64,000 nucleotides of DNA from Lama guanicoe (lineage: Eukaryota): NCBI GenBank assembly GCA_013239625.1, contig MU054032.1, positions 620,001 to 684,000 of the forward strand, read 5' to 3'. The notes beneath the pieces were generated by a model. That model saw only the letters and a program-made list of their open reading frames with translations, was not told the origin of the DNA and searched no databases. Shown in pieces: positions 1 through 10,700 of the stretch. How positions within the stretch are numbered: the first letter of the stretch is position 1; each line of letters begins with the position of its first letter. The position numbers and the translations under genes were made by a program.

Positions 1-260
1 GGGCGTCCCCTCCCGTGGCCCCTGCCCCCGCCTGCTCCGGAGCGGGAGGACTGGAGGCGGCAGGGGGCTCGCGGGGTCTCTACCTTGCCGGCGGAGGGCG
101 CGCGGTCGGAGCTGGAGCGCCGGCGCGGGAGCTGGAGCCTGAGCTGGGCTGGAGGGGACGGGCCAGGCAGACGCGGCCGCCGCGGGGCCGCCCGGCTCCA
201 GACGACACAGCTGCCACGAGTCTCTCCTCCCCCGAATATCTCCAGGGCTCTGATTTGTGC
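1..260 (-). promoter_or_regulatory. DGKA: CpG island / probable non-coding 5' exon and promoter of DGKA (gene body continues off the left edge)
   Basis: GC/CpG-rich 1-250; minus-strand donor-like AAG|GTAGAG at 84/83. Identity is inferred only from the known DGKA-PYM1 head-to-head synteny; no DGKA coding sequence is in the window. Confidence 0.5.
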
Positions 261-1221
261 CACTTTCTCTACATTCCTGAGCCACTCATTCCTGCCCCGA
301 TATAACAGCTCTGTTTTTTATCTTTCAACCACTCAAAACCGCTCCCCGCATCCCCAACCCCTGGAGGCCAAGGTTGGAGGCGGGGTAACTGATGGGACAG
401 CTTGTCAGTTGTCCACCCAACTAGCGTCTCACCCTCTCCTAATTGCTGCCACCTGGGGACTTCTCTTCCCAACTCCTTTCCATCCACCATGAATTGAATT
501 CATACTCAGGAGTCCAGAGTTCCAGACTCCACATCCTAAAACCACTCACTCACTCTGCCACCATGGGCTCCACTGCTTGACACTATCTGAGAGAATCTGG
601 CCATTTTGCCTCCTCACCTAGGTTAAACCCAAACCCTAGATGTCAGGGATTTGTTTTCCCCAGGCTAAGGACATCTTCTCTCAAGACTCAGATTCTTCCC
701 TTAATTCTCGGGTTGAGGTTTAGGTGCAAACAGCATTCTGGTCTGCGTCCACCCTTTCTTCATGCCCGAACCCTCCCACTTTACCTGCTGGCCTTGGCAG
801 GTGGTATGGAAGGCCCTGGCCACAAATCAGGGTGAAAGGAGATCCTTTCAGCTTCTCCTGTCTGGAATCTGTTCTGGAGTTGTTAGAGCTCTTGGGGCAG
901 CATGGATGCTGGTAGAGCAAGGGTGAAAGACAGAGGCCTAGGGCCTTACTGGTAGGAACTGGGGACCCAGGCATCCTGCTCCCTGGCCCCGCCCTAACCC
1001 CCTCCTACCTTTCATTGAAATAGGGCACAGTAACAAAGGCTTGAGTTCCTGGAATCTTCCCTCGTACACCTAGTAATGGAAGAGTGGGGAGGGGAGAACT
1101 CTGATTGGAAAGGTATATGTCTGTATTGTGCGTTATGTTGTGTTTGTATGTACACACATACAAACACACATAATATAGACATACTTTTGGTGGGGGTTGG
1201 AGAGAAGGAATGAATACATGA

Positions 1222-1235
1222 GGCCCTCTAGTGGA
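1222..1235 (-). promoter_or_regulatory. CTCF-like motif
   Basis: Reverse complement TCCACTAGAGGGCC matches the CTCF core CCASYAGRKGGC. Confidence 0.5.
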
Positions 1236-2250
1236 AACAGAGGGATCTAAGCAGTTCTCAGACTGTTTCAAGATAGCCTTGTCCGAAGAGAATCCTCCAT
1301 TTTTGTTAGAAATATAGCTGCTGAGTAATAGGGTTTGGGAGTATTGTAGTTGCATCTGAACCGGAGATCTGAGGCAGGGGTTGGAGAGGGCCTGTCTCTC
1401 TGCTCCTCTCCCCTCTAATCTTAAAAAGATAAGGACCTTGCCACTCCCCTTCCTTCATCTTCCCTTCCTACGTGACCTCCTTAGTCATGGAATCATAAGA
1501 ACTTTTGAAGACTTATTATGCCCAGGTCCTGTACTTAGTTCTGCAGGACTGCCAAAAGCATAGCCCAGCTTATGGACTGCACCAGAGAGTGGCATGGTGT
1601 GTGTGGGTATGTCTGTAAAGCCTCACCACTGAAAGCCATCCTAAACAAACATAGAATTTAAGTAAGAACAAGTACCCTAGCCCCTCTTCCAACCAGTTTT
1701 CTGCCCCTGAACCCCTCATCTAGGAATCCTGGAATGACACTGATCCTTAAGGTACTCAGCTTTCCTTACAAGTAACTCCTGCAGTGCTACCACTCTATTT
1801 ATGGCCTGTGTTTCTCACTCTGTCATCCTCAGCTATGTTCCTACATGAAGTTAAAGATGCCCCTTCTAAGACATTTTTTGAGACTTCAATGTGGGGCATG
1901 AGGTGATCTCTCTAATAAGGAATAAGATGGAATCAGTCATACTCTAGGCTTGCGTCTTCTTTAGGATCTGTGCTCCATCATACCCCAGTCAGTTATGGGT
2001 GGGGGTGGGAGGAAGAAAGGCCAAGAAACATCTAAGGAGGAGGCGTCTAATGCCTACAGTTCCAGGTGCTCATGTCTTTAATCAACCACATCATAAAAAT
2101 CAGAAAGAAAGAAACCGCAGTGAACAAAGGGAAAGGAAAAAACAACAGCCTTGTTCTCCTCGGCCTCTTAGCTCTCCTTCTTCAGGGTGGGGGGGGCCAT
2201 ATCCGGGGTTCAGGGCTGGGTCCCAGGCAGGTCTGCTAGGCAGAATTGAG

Positions 2251-2260
2251 TTTCACTTCC
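2251..2260 (-). promoter_or_regulatory. ETS-IRF composite element (EICE)
   Basis: Reverse complement GGAAGTGAAA matches the GGAAnnGAAA consensus. Confidence 0.4.
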
Positions 2261-4040
2261 TGTCAACCCCAGAGCTGAGGCAGGATGGAGGGGGGCATAG
2301 TGGGGGGCCTAGAGGTGGGTAGTCAACAGGGGCCACGTTTCTTGCAAAAAAAGGTCCACTGAGCAGCCCACTAGCACTAGTACTCTAGGCCTCCTCAGGT
2401 AGTACAGTCAGGACTAATGTAACTCTCTAGCTTTTAGAAGCTTCAGCTCACCCTTACCTCTAATTGCTAGTAACAAGGCTATTGACAGGATGCTAGACCC
2501 GCAGGGCTGAAGCACTACTGGTGAAAGAAGGGCAAGGGTTAAGGATGGCAGTGTTAAAACACTTGCAATAACTGTGAATGTAAATCAGTTTTTAAATGAG
2601 TCTTTTTGAGCTCTTGTGAGTTGAGCCTTTGGTGGAATTCAGAAAGGTGGAGTATGGGAGGACAAGCTGTGACCCCAGAAAGTTTCTGAAGCTTCATATC
2701 AAAGCTTTAGGAAGTTCCTAGTCAGCCATTGCTCTGTTTTGTTTGGTTTGGTTGTTGTTGTTTTTGTTTATTTGTTTTATAAATGGGACATACAGCCTAG
2801 TGTTGGAGGTGGTCCCTAAGCGGTTCCGTTGGATATTAACCTCAGCCAAAGTTGGGGGTTTGGAGGAAGGTAGAAGGGTTGATAAGGAAAAAGCAACGTC
2901 GGGGGAGAGGGTGGGCAGACACCTGAGGAGAGAAACATGCAGCTGGCCCCTCCTAGGCTGTAGGGGAAACGAGTTTAGCAGGACTTAGCCCAGAAGGAAA
3001 AAGAGCTGCTGAAAAGAGCGGGGGAGGGAGAACATTTTGGGTTCGTCTAAAGAATAGGGAGGCACGGGGCAGGGCAGGGCTGCAAAGGGAGTGACCGACC
3101 GTACGGCTCGGATTTTTGGCGTGTTGCCCTGCTTTCGATCCCCAGCGCCCAGACACTCGGACAAGGTTAATTAGAATACTAACTGGGTCCGCCCAGAAGC
3201 CTTCAACTTGCCCTCTGACCCTGGGGCCAAACCCGAGGAGGCTCCCGGGGTCGAAGGCCAGAACAAACTTGGGCAGTCATCACTTCGCCGCCGAGTCCTG
3301 GGGCCGCCCGAGGGGCAGGGCTAGCCCAGGGCTGCCCGCCCAGCCCGGCGCGGCCCGGCCCGGCCCGACGCCTCCTCAGCCATAGAAGCCGCCAGCAACC
3401 CTGAGGCTCAGGGACCGGTGACCAGCCGGCAGCGCTTTCTGCCCCTGCACGCCCCTCTCGCGGGTCTCTGTCCGGAGGTCGAGCTGAGCGGCCAAGGGCA
3501 ATCGGCAAGCGATTTCGACCTCCCCACCTTCTAAGAGAGGGTCAGTTGGTCTTGCGTTCGCCCCTAACATTGGTGCGCCCCAGTGCGTTCCCGGAGTTGG
3601 CCTGCCCCGCCCCATGTCCCCAAGTTGCTCTGGGACCTGGGTTCAGGCCAGGGTCTAAATATTCTTTTCCTCATCTGTTAGCGACTCCCCCTTTCTGGGT
3701 GCAGATGGGCCTTGCCCCCTTTTCTCCCGCAGGTCCTAGACGGACGAAGAATGCCTGTGAGGAAGAGGGGCTGTGCCTCGGCACTTCTCTCGGCGCCCAG
3801 AGAACTGCTATACACGCAGCAGGACCTCAATAATGTTATAAGTGGCATTATCAAGCCCACGGCACTTATTTTATTAAAGCCTTCAGCTTCTACTCCCTCC
3901 TTCTCCACCTCGGTCCATAAAATGGTGTACTCTCCCTTTAAGACTAAAATGGTGGCCCGCCACGGTCAGGACTCCACTTCCGGTGGGGAGGGGGGCGGGA
4001 CCCCAGCCCGCTCACGCCGGAAGTGGTTTGCGTTTTCAAG

Positions 4041-4074
4041 ATGGCGACTCCCTATGTAACTGACGAGACCGGCG
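4041..4074 (+). CDS. PYM1: PYM1 coding exon 1 ([11 protein letters not shown])
   Basis: ATG at 4041; donor GTGAGT at 4075. Confidence 0.93.
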
Positions 4075-7000
4075 GTGAGTGCGGGAGACCCGGAGCCGCT
4101 TCTCCCCGGGCTCTCGGGGCAGGGGTTCGGACTTGGAAAGGGGTCTGTGCCCCGCCCATCCCAGGGCCCATCCTTTGCCCCGCCCTCCGGACCGCCTTCC
4201 CCATTCATTCTCTCCTACGGGGTGTCACCTGCGCCCCCTTCTGGTCTCGAGTTTGGGGGTCTCCGCTTCCGGTCACCCAAACCCTGGGGTTCTTCAATGC
4301 TGGTCCTTGCTCCAGGACCCTCACTGGCCCTTAACTTTTCTCCAGCAGTTGGAGCTCCCATATCTCTTTTGGGTTCTTCAGCCTTGGGGACCCCTCCACC
4401 CTCAGTTCCCTCCAAATCCTGCTCTCCCCCCTTCCCCTCCCCCATCTCTTAGTATGCCTGCTTTCTGCCCTACCCCAGCCCCGTTTTAATTCTTTTTCTC
4501 GAAGCTGTATCTGTTGGAGACCTCCTCGTTGCTACATAGTGCTTTTTCCACTATCTTCCTCATCTTCATTGTTGGATCACTGAGGTCTAGAGGTATGAAG
4601 GGAAGAGGAACCTAATACAACTTTCAGCTTGAGTTTTCTCCTTGATGGCACCAGCCTTCTGTCCCTTCTCTGGTGTTGGTGATAGGAATTGAGAGATCTC
4701 AGGTGCAAGAAGGCAAATAGGAAGGTGTCTAGTGGCCTCTCAAGCTCTCTGACAAGCTGGTAGAATCTACTATTACTTCTGGCTAGAGAAGAGTTTCCAG
4801 CCTGGCTGCTTGAGATGCTGAACTGTCTGCTGTGTGTGTGAGAATTATGTGTTGAAAATTGAGAATCAAGATTTTCATTTTGGCTTTCCCATTATAATTT
4901 CATCTTAAAAAAAATGGGCATAGTAATATCTACCCACTGATGATAAATAAGATAGTAATATATGAAAGCAACTTATAAAAATGCTGTGCAAGGCAAGATG
5001 TTACTGTTTTTTGTAGCCCTCATTGTGTATGTATATCCTGTAGAAGTGACAGTGTGTATGTGCATGTGTGTGCTTGCACGCGTGCTTTGGTACATGCAGA
5101 CTGTTCTAAAATGTGTCATTTTGCTTTGCTGTTTTCCATGTTATTACCTCTCAACCCACCTCTCCTATGGTATCTATGACAACCCAAGTCTTTGATACTT
5201 CTCTGCAACCTCACATTTCAAAGTGGTACCACCTCTTCCTCTGCTGTCTACATAGTAGGTCCTTCTTCAACCAGCTCCCTGTAATGTGTGCTTTGAAAAT
5301 ATTACTCATTGTCCAGTACACTTCTCCTTATTCTGTTTTCTTTAAACTGATTTAATGAAAGTCCAGATATCACATCTCACCCTACCCTCCTACCAAGAAG
5401 CATCTTCTGTTTTCTATGACAATGTGGAAGAGGAGGAATCACACTGCTATTTTGCTTTCCCTTACTACTTCCAGATCATCGATCCACCACTGTCACTCTC
5501 ATCCTCGTGGAAGATGCTGCCATGCAATTATAGCATTTTCTCTAAAACCTCAAGGGCCATCATTTACTGCCCACAAGGACCCAGATGTATCCGATCATAT
5601 TTTTTTCTCCATTCTGTTTCTCAGTGTCTCCACTCATTCTCAGTGTCTCCAGCATGTTCGGAATACTCTTATTTTATAGTTCCTCAGCATGAGACCATTG
5701 ACTTTCCTTTGAGGTTTGAAACCAGCTACACATAAAAATCACTACAATCTGGACCTACCTACTACATAGGACCTCACCTATGACACTGCTTCCGCCTTTA
5801 GGCCCTCTCCATCTCTCACTTTAACCTCCTTACCCAATCACCATTTTTACTACATCACACTCACAGAATCAGATTTTGTCCTCCTTAGGTTCTCTGGTCC
5901 TTTACCTTTCTCATTTCATTGAGTCTTCCGTTTCTTTCATGACTAATTTTGAGGCCCCCATCTAGACCTCTGTAACCAGTCATTTGATGCTGTCCTCATT
6001 GTTTTCTTCCTTCATTTTGATTTTCTATACTAAGCAAGCACTTCTGTTATCTTGAATCATACCCATCAACTGTTTTCTTGGCTTCTGCTTCTAGGCCACA
6101 GCAGGTGGGTAGAGAAAAGACACAGTTGCACATTCAATACAATGTAACTTAATGTTAACTTCTGCCAACATCACAGCTTCTGTCCAATTCTTCCTTCTTG
6201 GTTTGCTTGCATTCTACCATGGTTATTTTCCCTACCTTTCTCAGCTCTCTGTAACCTTCCATTTTAAATCTCCTTCTTGTGGCAAATGACCTCACTTTTT
6301 ATTTCACTGAGAAATCAAGATCTGTCATTTCTCTTTCTTTCCTGTTCATAGCCTGATTTCTTGAATATCAGGTCCACACATACTATTTCCATTTCCTTAC
6401 TGCTTATTTGTTTCTTAACTCTTTACAATGGTTTATTTCTAGCACCAGCCTCTCTCTTGAGTTGCCAGTTCCCTTTTCTGATTGTTTGGTGACTAGCTTT
6501 CATTCTTAGATGTACTGTCACACCTTAAATCCAGTCTGACCAAAATCAGTATCAGTTTTTCCTTCCTTGTTTCTGTTAAAGGCAGTACTGTTCTAGCTAA
6601 ACCAAGATCAACTTTTTGCATCATTTCTCTCTCTCTTTTTAAAAATTTTATATAGACTTTATTTTTTAGGACAGATTTAGATTTGTAGAAAAATTGAGAA
6701 AATGATATAATTCCCATATACCTTATATTCAGCTTCCCCTGTTATTAACATGTTAACATTAGTATGGTGTCATTATTGCAGTTGATGAACCAGTATTGAT
6801 ACCTTGTTATAAACTAAGGTCATACATTTTTCAGATTTCCTTTTTTGAGGGGTAATTTTAGGTTTATTTATTTGTTTATTTTTAGAGGTCCTGGGGATTG
6901 AACCCAGGCCCTTGTGTATGCTAAGCATGTGCTTTACCGCTTGAGCTATATCCCTACCAGATTCCTTTATTTTTTACCTAGTTTTTTTTTTTCCTGTTTC

Positions 7001-7724
7001 AGTATCCCATTCAGTATAGCATATTACATTTAGTTCTCATGTCTCCTTTACTCCTGTTGGCTGTGACAGTTTCTCAGACTTTCCTTGTTTTTGATGGTCT
7101 TGACAGTTTTGAGGAGTATTGGTAAGGTATTTTTGTTGGCTGCCCCTCTGCTGGAATTTGATGTTTTTCTCATGATTATAGTGGAGTTGTGTACTTTTTA
7201 GAGGACAACCTTAGAAGTAAAGTAACATTTTCATCATATCATACAGGGATACATAGTTCATATCATACAGGGGTACACAGTATCACAATGATTTTTTTAC
7301 TCTTGATATTTAGCATGCTCTTCCTGCTGAGGTAGCTTTAAGGTTTCTCCACTATAAAGTTACTTTTTTCCTCTCTCCTTTCCATTTTGTACTCTTTAGA
7401 AGAAAAACACTATTCACAGCCCACACTTGAAGAGTAGGGAGTTATGCTCTCTTCCTTAAGGATGGAGTATTTATTTATACACATCATTTGGAATTCTGCA
7501 CAGGAGGTTTGTCTCTTCTTCCTCATTTATTTATTCAATCACTTATTTATATCAGTTTGAACTTTGGGTTATTATATTTATTTTATTGCTCAAACATTCC
7601 AGCTTTGGACATTGGGAGCTCTTTAGTTGGCCCCATGACCCTTTGACATACTGCCATCAGTGTAGGGTTTTTTTTGTTTTTTGTTTTTCCTTTTTTTTTT
7701 TTTTTTTTTTATTTTTTTTTTTTT

Positions 7725-7755
<31 letters not shown>

Positions 7756-10700
7756 GAAAGCTCTTTCTTATTTTCTGGCCCTAGAAGATGCTCCAGCCTC
7801 ATCTTGCATATTTCCTGTCCCAGTCTTAGAATGAGCCATTTCTCCAAGGAGGCTTTGTTCCCTTTATTGAAGAGTGATACAGGAAACCAAGATCAGAGCA
7901 CTAGGTGTTTTTGTTCCTAGTAACAAAATTAACTGGGGTGTTGTTTTTGCATTGTCTTTTACTCCCTCCTCACCGGCCCCTGTTGTCAAAACATCATTCT
8001 TCTGTTCCTACTGCTGTTACCCTTATTCCATCTTCAATACTTGTTAGCTATGTGGCCTTAGGAATTTTAAGCCTAGGGAATCCAAGCCTTAGTTTTCTCA
8101 TCAATAAATAGGAATAATAACTCCTACAATATAGGATTATTGTGAGAATTAAAATTTAAGTGATATAATGTACACGTCTAGCACATAGAAAGTGCCCAAA
8201 AAATGGTTCTGTAATTATTATTGTTATGTAAAGATTATTGTGTGGATTAGAAGAGGTTATATATGTAAAGTATCAGGCATAATACTTTGGTTATTCTAAG
8301 TATTGGATAAAATTTTAGTTTCCTTTATCCTGCAGATATTGCTGTGACAACAAATAGTTGTCCTACCTCTGTCACTCTCTCTAGTCCTGTTCATTTGACA
8401 CACCGTTACCAGATTACTGCTCCTTAAGTACAAACTTAATTGTGTAATTTTTGTTCAATATAATTCATTCAGAGTCCTCTGTTAAATTGGGCATATACTG
8501 GGGGGAGGCTTTCAGTGGTAGAGTGCATGCTTAGCATGCACAAGGTCTGGGTTCAATCCCCAGGACCTCTATTTAAATTAAAAATTTTTTAAAAAATGTA
8601 AATAAACCTAATTACCTCTTCCCCAAAACAAAAGCTAAAAAAAATTTATTAAAAAATTGGCATAGATCCTTCTGATCTTTATTTTTCTGTGCATTTTAAA
8701 ATCAGACAGTATATACATTTTTATGTGTTGCCTTTTCATAGCAACACATAAAATGTTTCTCTTTGTTATTAAAAACTCTTTGTAAACATCTTTTGAAATA
8801 CTGGCAGAGTGTTTTATTGTTTGGGCATGCACCTTCTCTTACCAATTTTCTGTTATTGGACTTCTAGACTGTTCCCAGAATTTTTGTTATAAGAACTCTA
8901 TGAATATTTTTGTGCGTAAATTTTTGTCTGCATTTAGGGTTATTTTCTTAGGATAGATTTTCCAGAAGTAGAATTACTGGATTGGAGGGTACAAACTTTT
9001 ATTTATTTTTAATTAATTAAAAAATTAATTCCTACTGATTGTAGAAAACTTGGAAAATATTTTCATAACTAGTGTATTATATAAGTCACATGTGTGTTTG
9101 GTAATTCCAGAACCCAAAGATAACTACATTTACATTCCCTTTTAGTTTTATGTGTACACACACACACACACACACATATGTATATGTATATATACATACA
9201 TACATAGCATATCTATTTAACATAATTGTGATCGTACCGAATGGCTGTACTTCCCAAAATATGATCCTTGGAACACTTAGAAGTTCTGTGAGATGGGGTA
9301 TAAAATAAAAGTCTAAAAAATAAAATAATATAAAAATAAGATTCCGGTAGTCAAATAAATTTGGGAAACACAGTGGTGAACTACATTTACATCTTAATAC
9401 TCACATGAATAAGAACATAGCTTATTTTAAGTCTTACTGATAAAAAACAGAATCTTTTTTTTTTTTTAAATGTTTAACCCAGAATTTCCCAACCTTATTT
9501 AACAGTTCTTTTGGGCATTCCTTGCTAATATCTTATGGAAGTAGTATTTTATCTAACAAAACCTTTGGGAAATGCTGCTATATGAGAGGACCACCTCACT
9601 CTCTTAGTACTAGTTAGTTGTTAGTAGTTAGCTTAGCATTGGTTTATGTAGCCAGATTGCTTTCTAAAGGGTTTTACCACTGACAATGATTGTTTTAATT
9701 TGTATTTCCTTTGATTATTAGTGAAGTTGAACTTCTTGGTATCTTTTTCATTTATAATACAATACACAATAATCATGTAAAAAGCAGTGCCTTTGAAACC
9801 CACAGCCTCATTTCGAATTCTGCTGCAGTTTACTGACATTGTAACTTCAGGCAGGTTATTAAATTTCTCATCATCTGGAATAAGTCTTCATGGAGTTGTG
9901 AGAATGAAATAAGATCATGTATATAAACACCGTCCTTGGCATGAAGCAAAGCACTCAGTAAAGGTGCTGTTATCTTTTTGGAATTGACTGTCAAATTTAC
10001 ATACGGACAATTTGCTCTTTCATTCAAGATACTCCTCTCTAATATGAGCACAAACCACTTTCCAATACAGTATCATTACATCTCTGCCTAAACCCTCCAG
10101 GGAAACTGGGTTGTACAGTATAAAGCAGGTGGAACCTCCAGGGAAACTGGGTTGTACAGTATAAAGCAGGTGGAACAGGAGTATGCTGATATGTAAGCTT
10201 CAGCATCAGAACAGTTCAGATCGCAGCTATATGCTACCCTTGTGATCTTGGACATATCTTTACTTCTTGAGGACTCTGCCTCAGCGGCTGTGGGTGATAG
10301 TAATCTATGCATTATCTTGATTCAGTGAGGTGGTGGATGTAAAGTTCCTGGTGTAATGGAGCTTCTTATGTTCTTTCCTGATTGTTCTTAACATACTGTG
10401 AGTTTTAGCCTGCCATGATTTTGCTTATTGTTATTCCTCTTAGAATGCCCTTTCCCTTCCTTTCTCTGCCTACAGAAGTATCAGCCATTCCTTTATTGTT
10501 GATATCATTACTAGTACTACCTAGTCTTTAAGATTAAGTCCCTGAGATTTTCCTAATTTCCTGTCACCTTCTGCCATCAAACAGTCTGTGGTTATTTATT
10601 CTCTTGAAATCTCTTATTAGTATGTATCAGTGTCTCTTAGGGATACCTAAGACATTTATATTTTTGTGTGATTCTTTGCCTAACTTGCTCCTACTTCTCC

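Larger units (their letters stand above)
3000..4300 (+). promoter_or_regulatory. PYM1: CpG island promoter of PYM1
   Basis: CpG-dense. ETS/GABP sites ACTTCCGG (3976-3983) and CCGGAAGTG (4017-4025), a GC box near 3992, and YY1-like CAAGATGGCG over the ATG at 4041. Confidence 0.8.

Noticed and set aside
600..1020. Additional minus-strand donor-like sites (about 618 and 1008) as alternative DGKA 5' exons
   Set aside because: Plausible, but they cannot be supported without transcript data.
3116..4489. Many overlapping Pro/Gly/Arg-rich ORFs (also at 46555-47609 and 56340-57401)
   Set aside because: Expected stop-codon scarcity in CpG islands; no homology recognised.
7586..7920. Poly-Phe / poly-Lys ORFs
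   Set aside because: Translations of a poly-T tract inside an L1 fragment.
10095..10176. Direct repeat as a possible CRISPR-like array
   Set aside because: Two adjacent copies with no spacer, in mammalian intron DNA.
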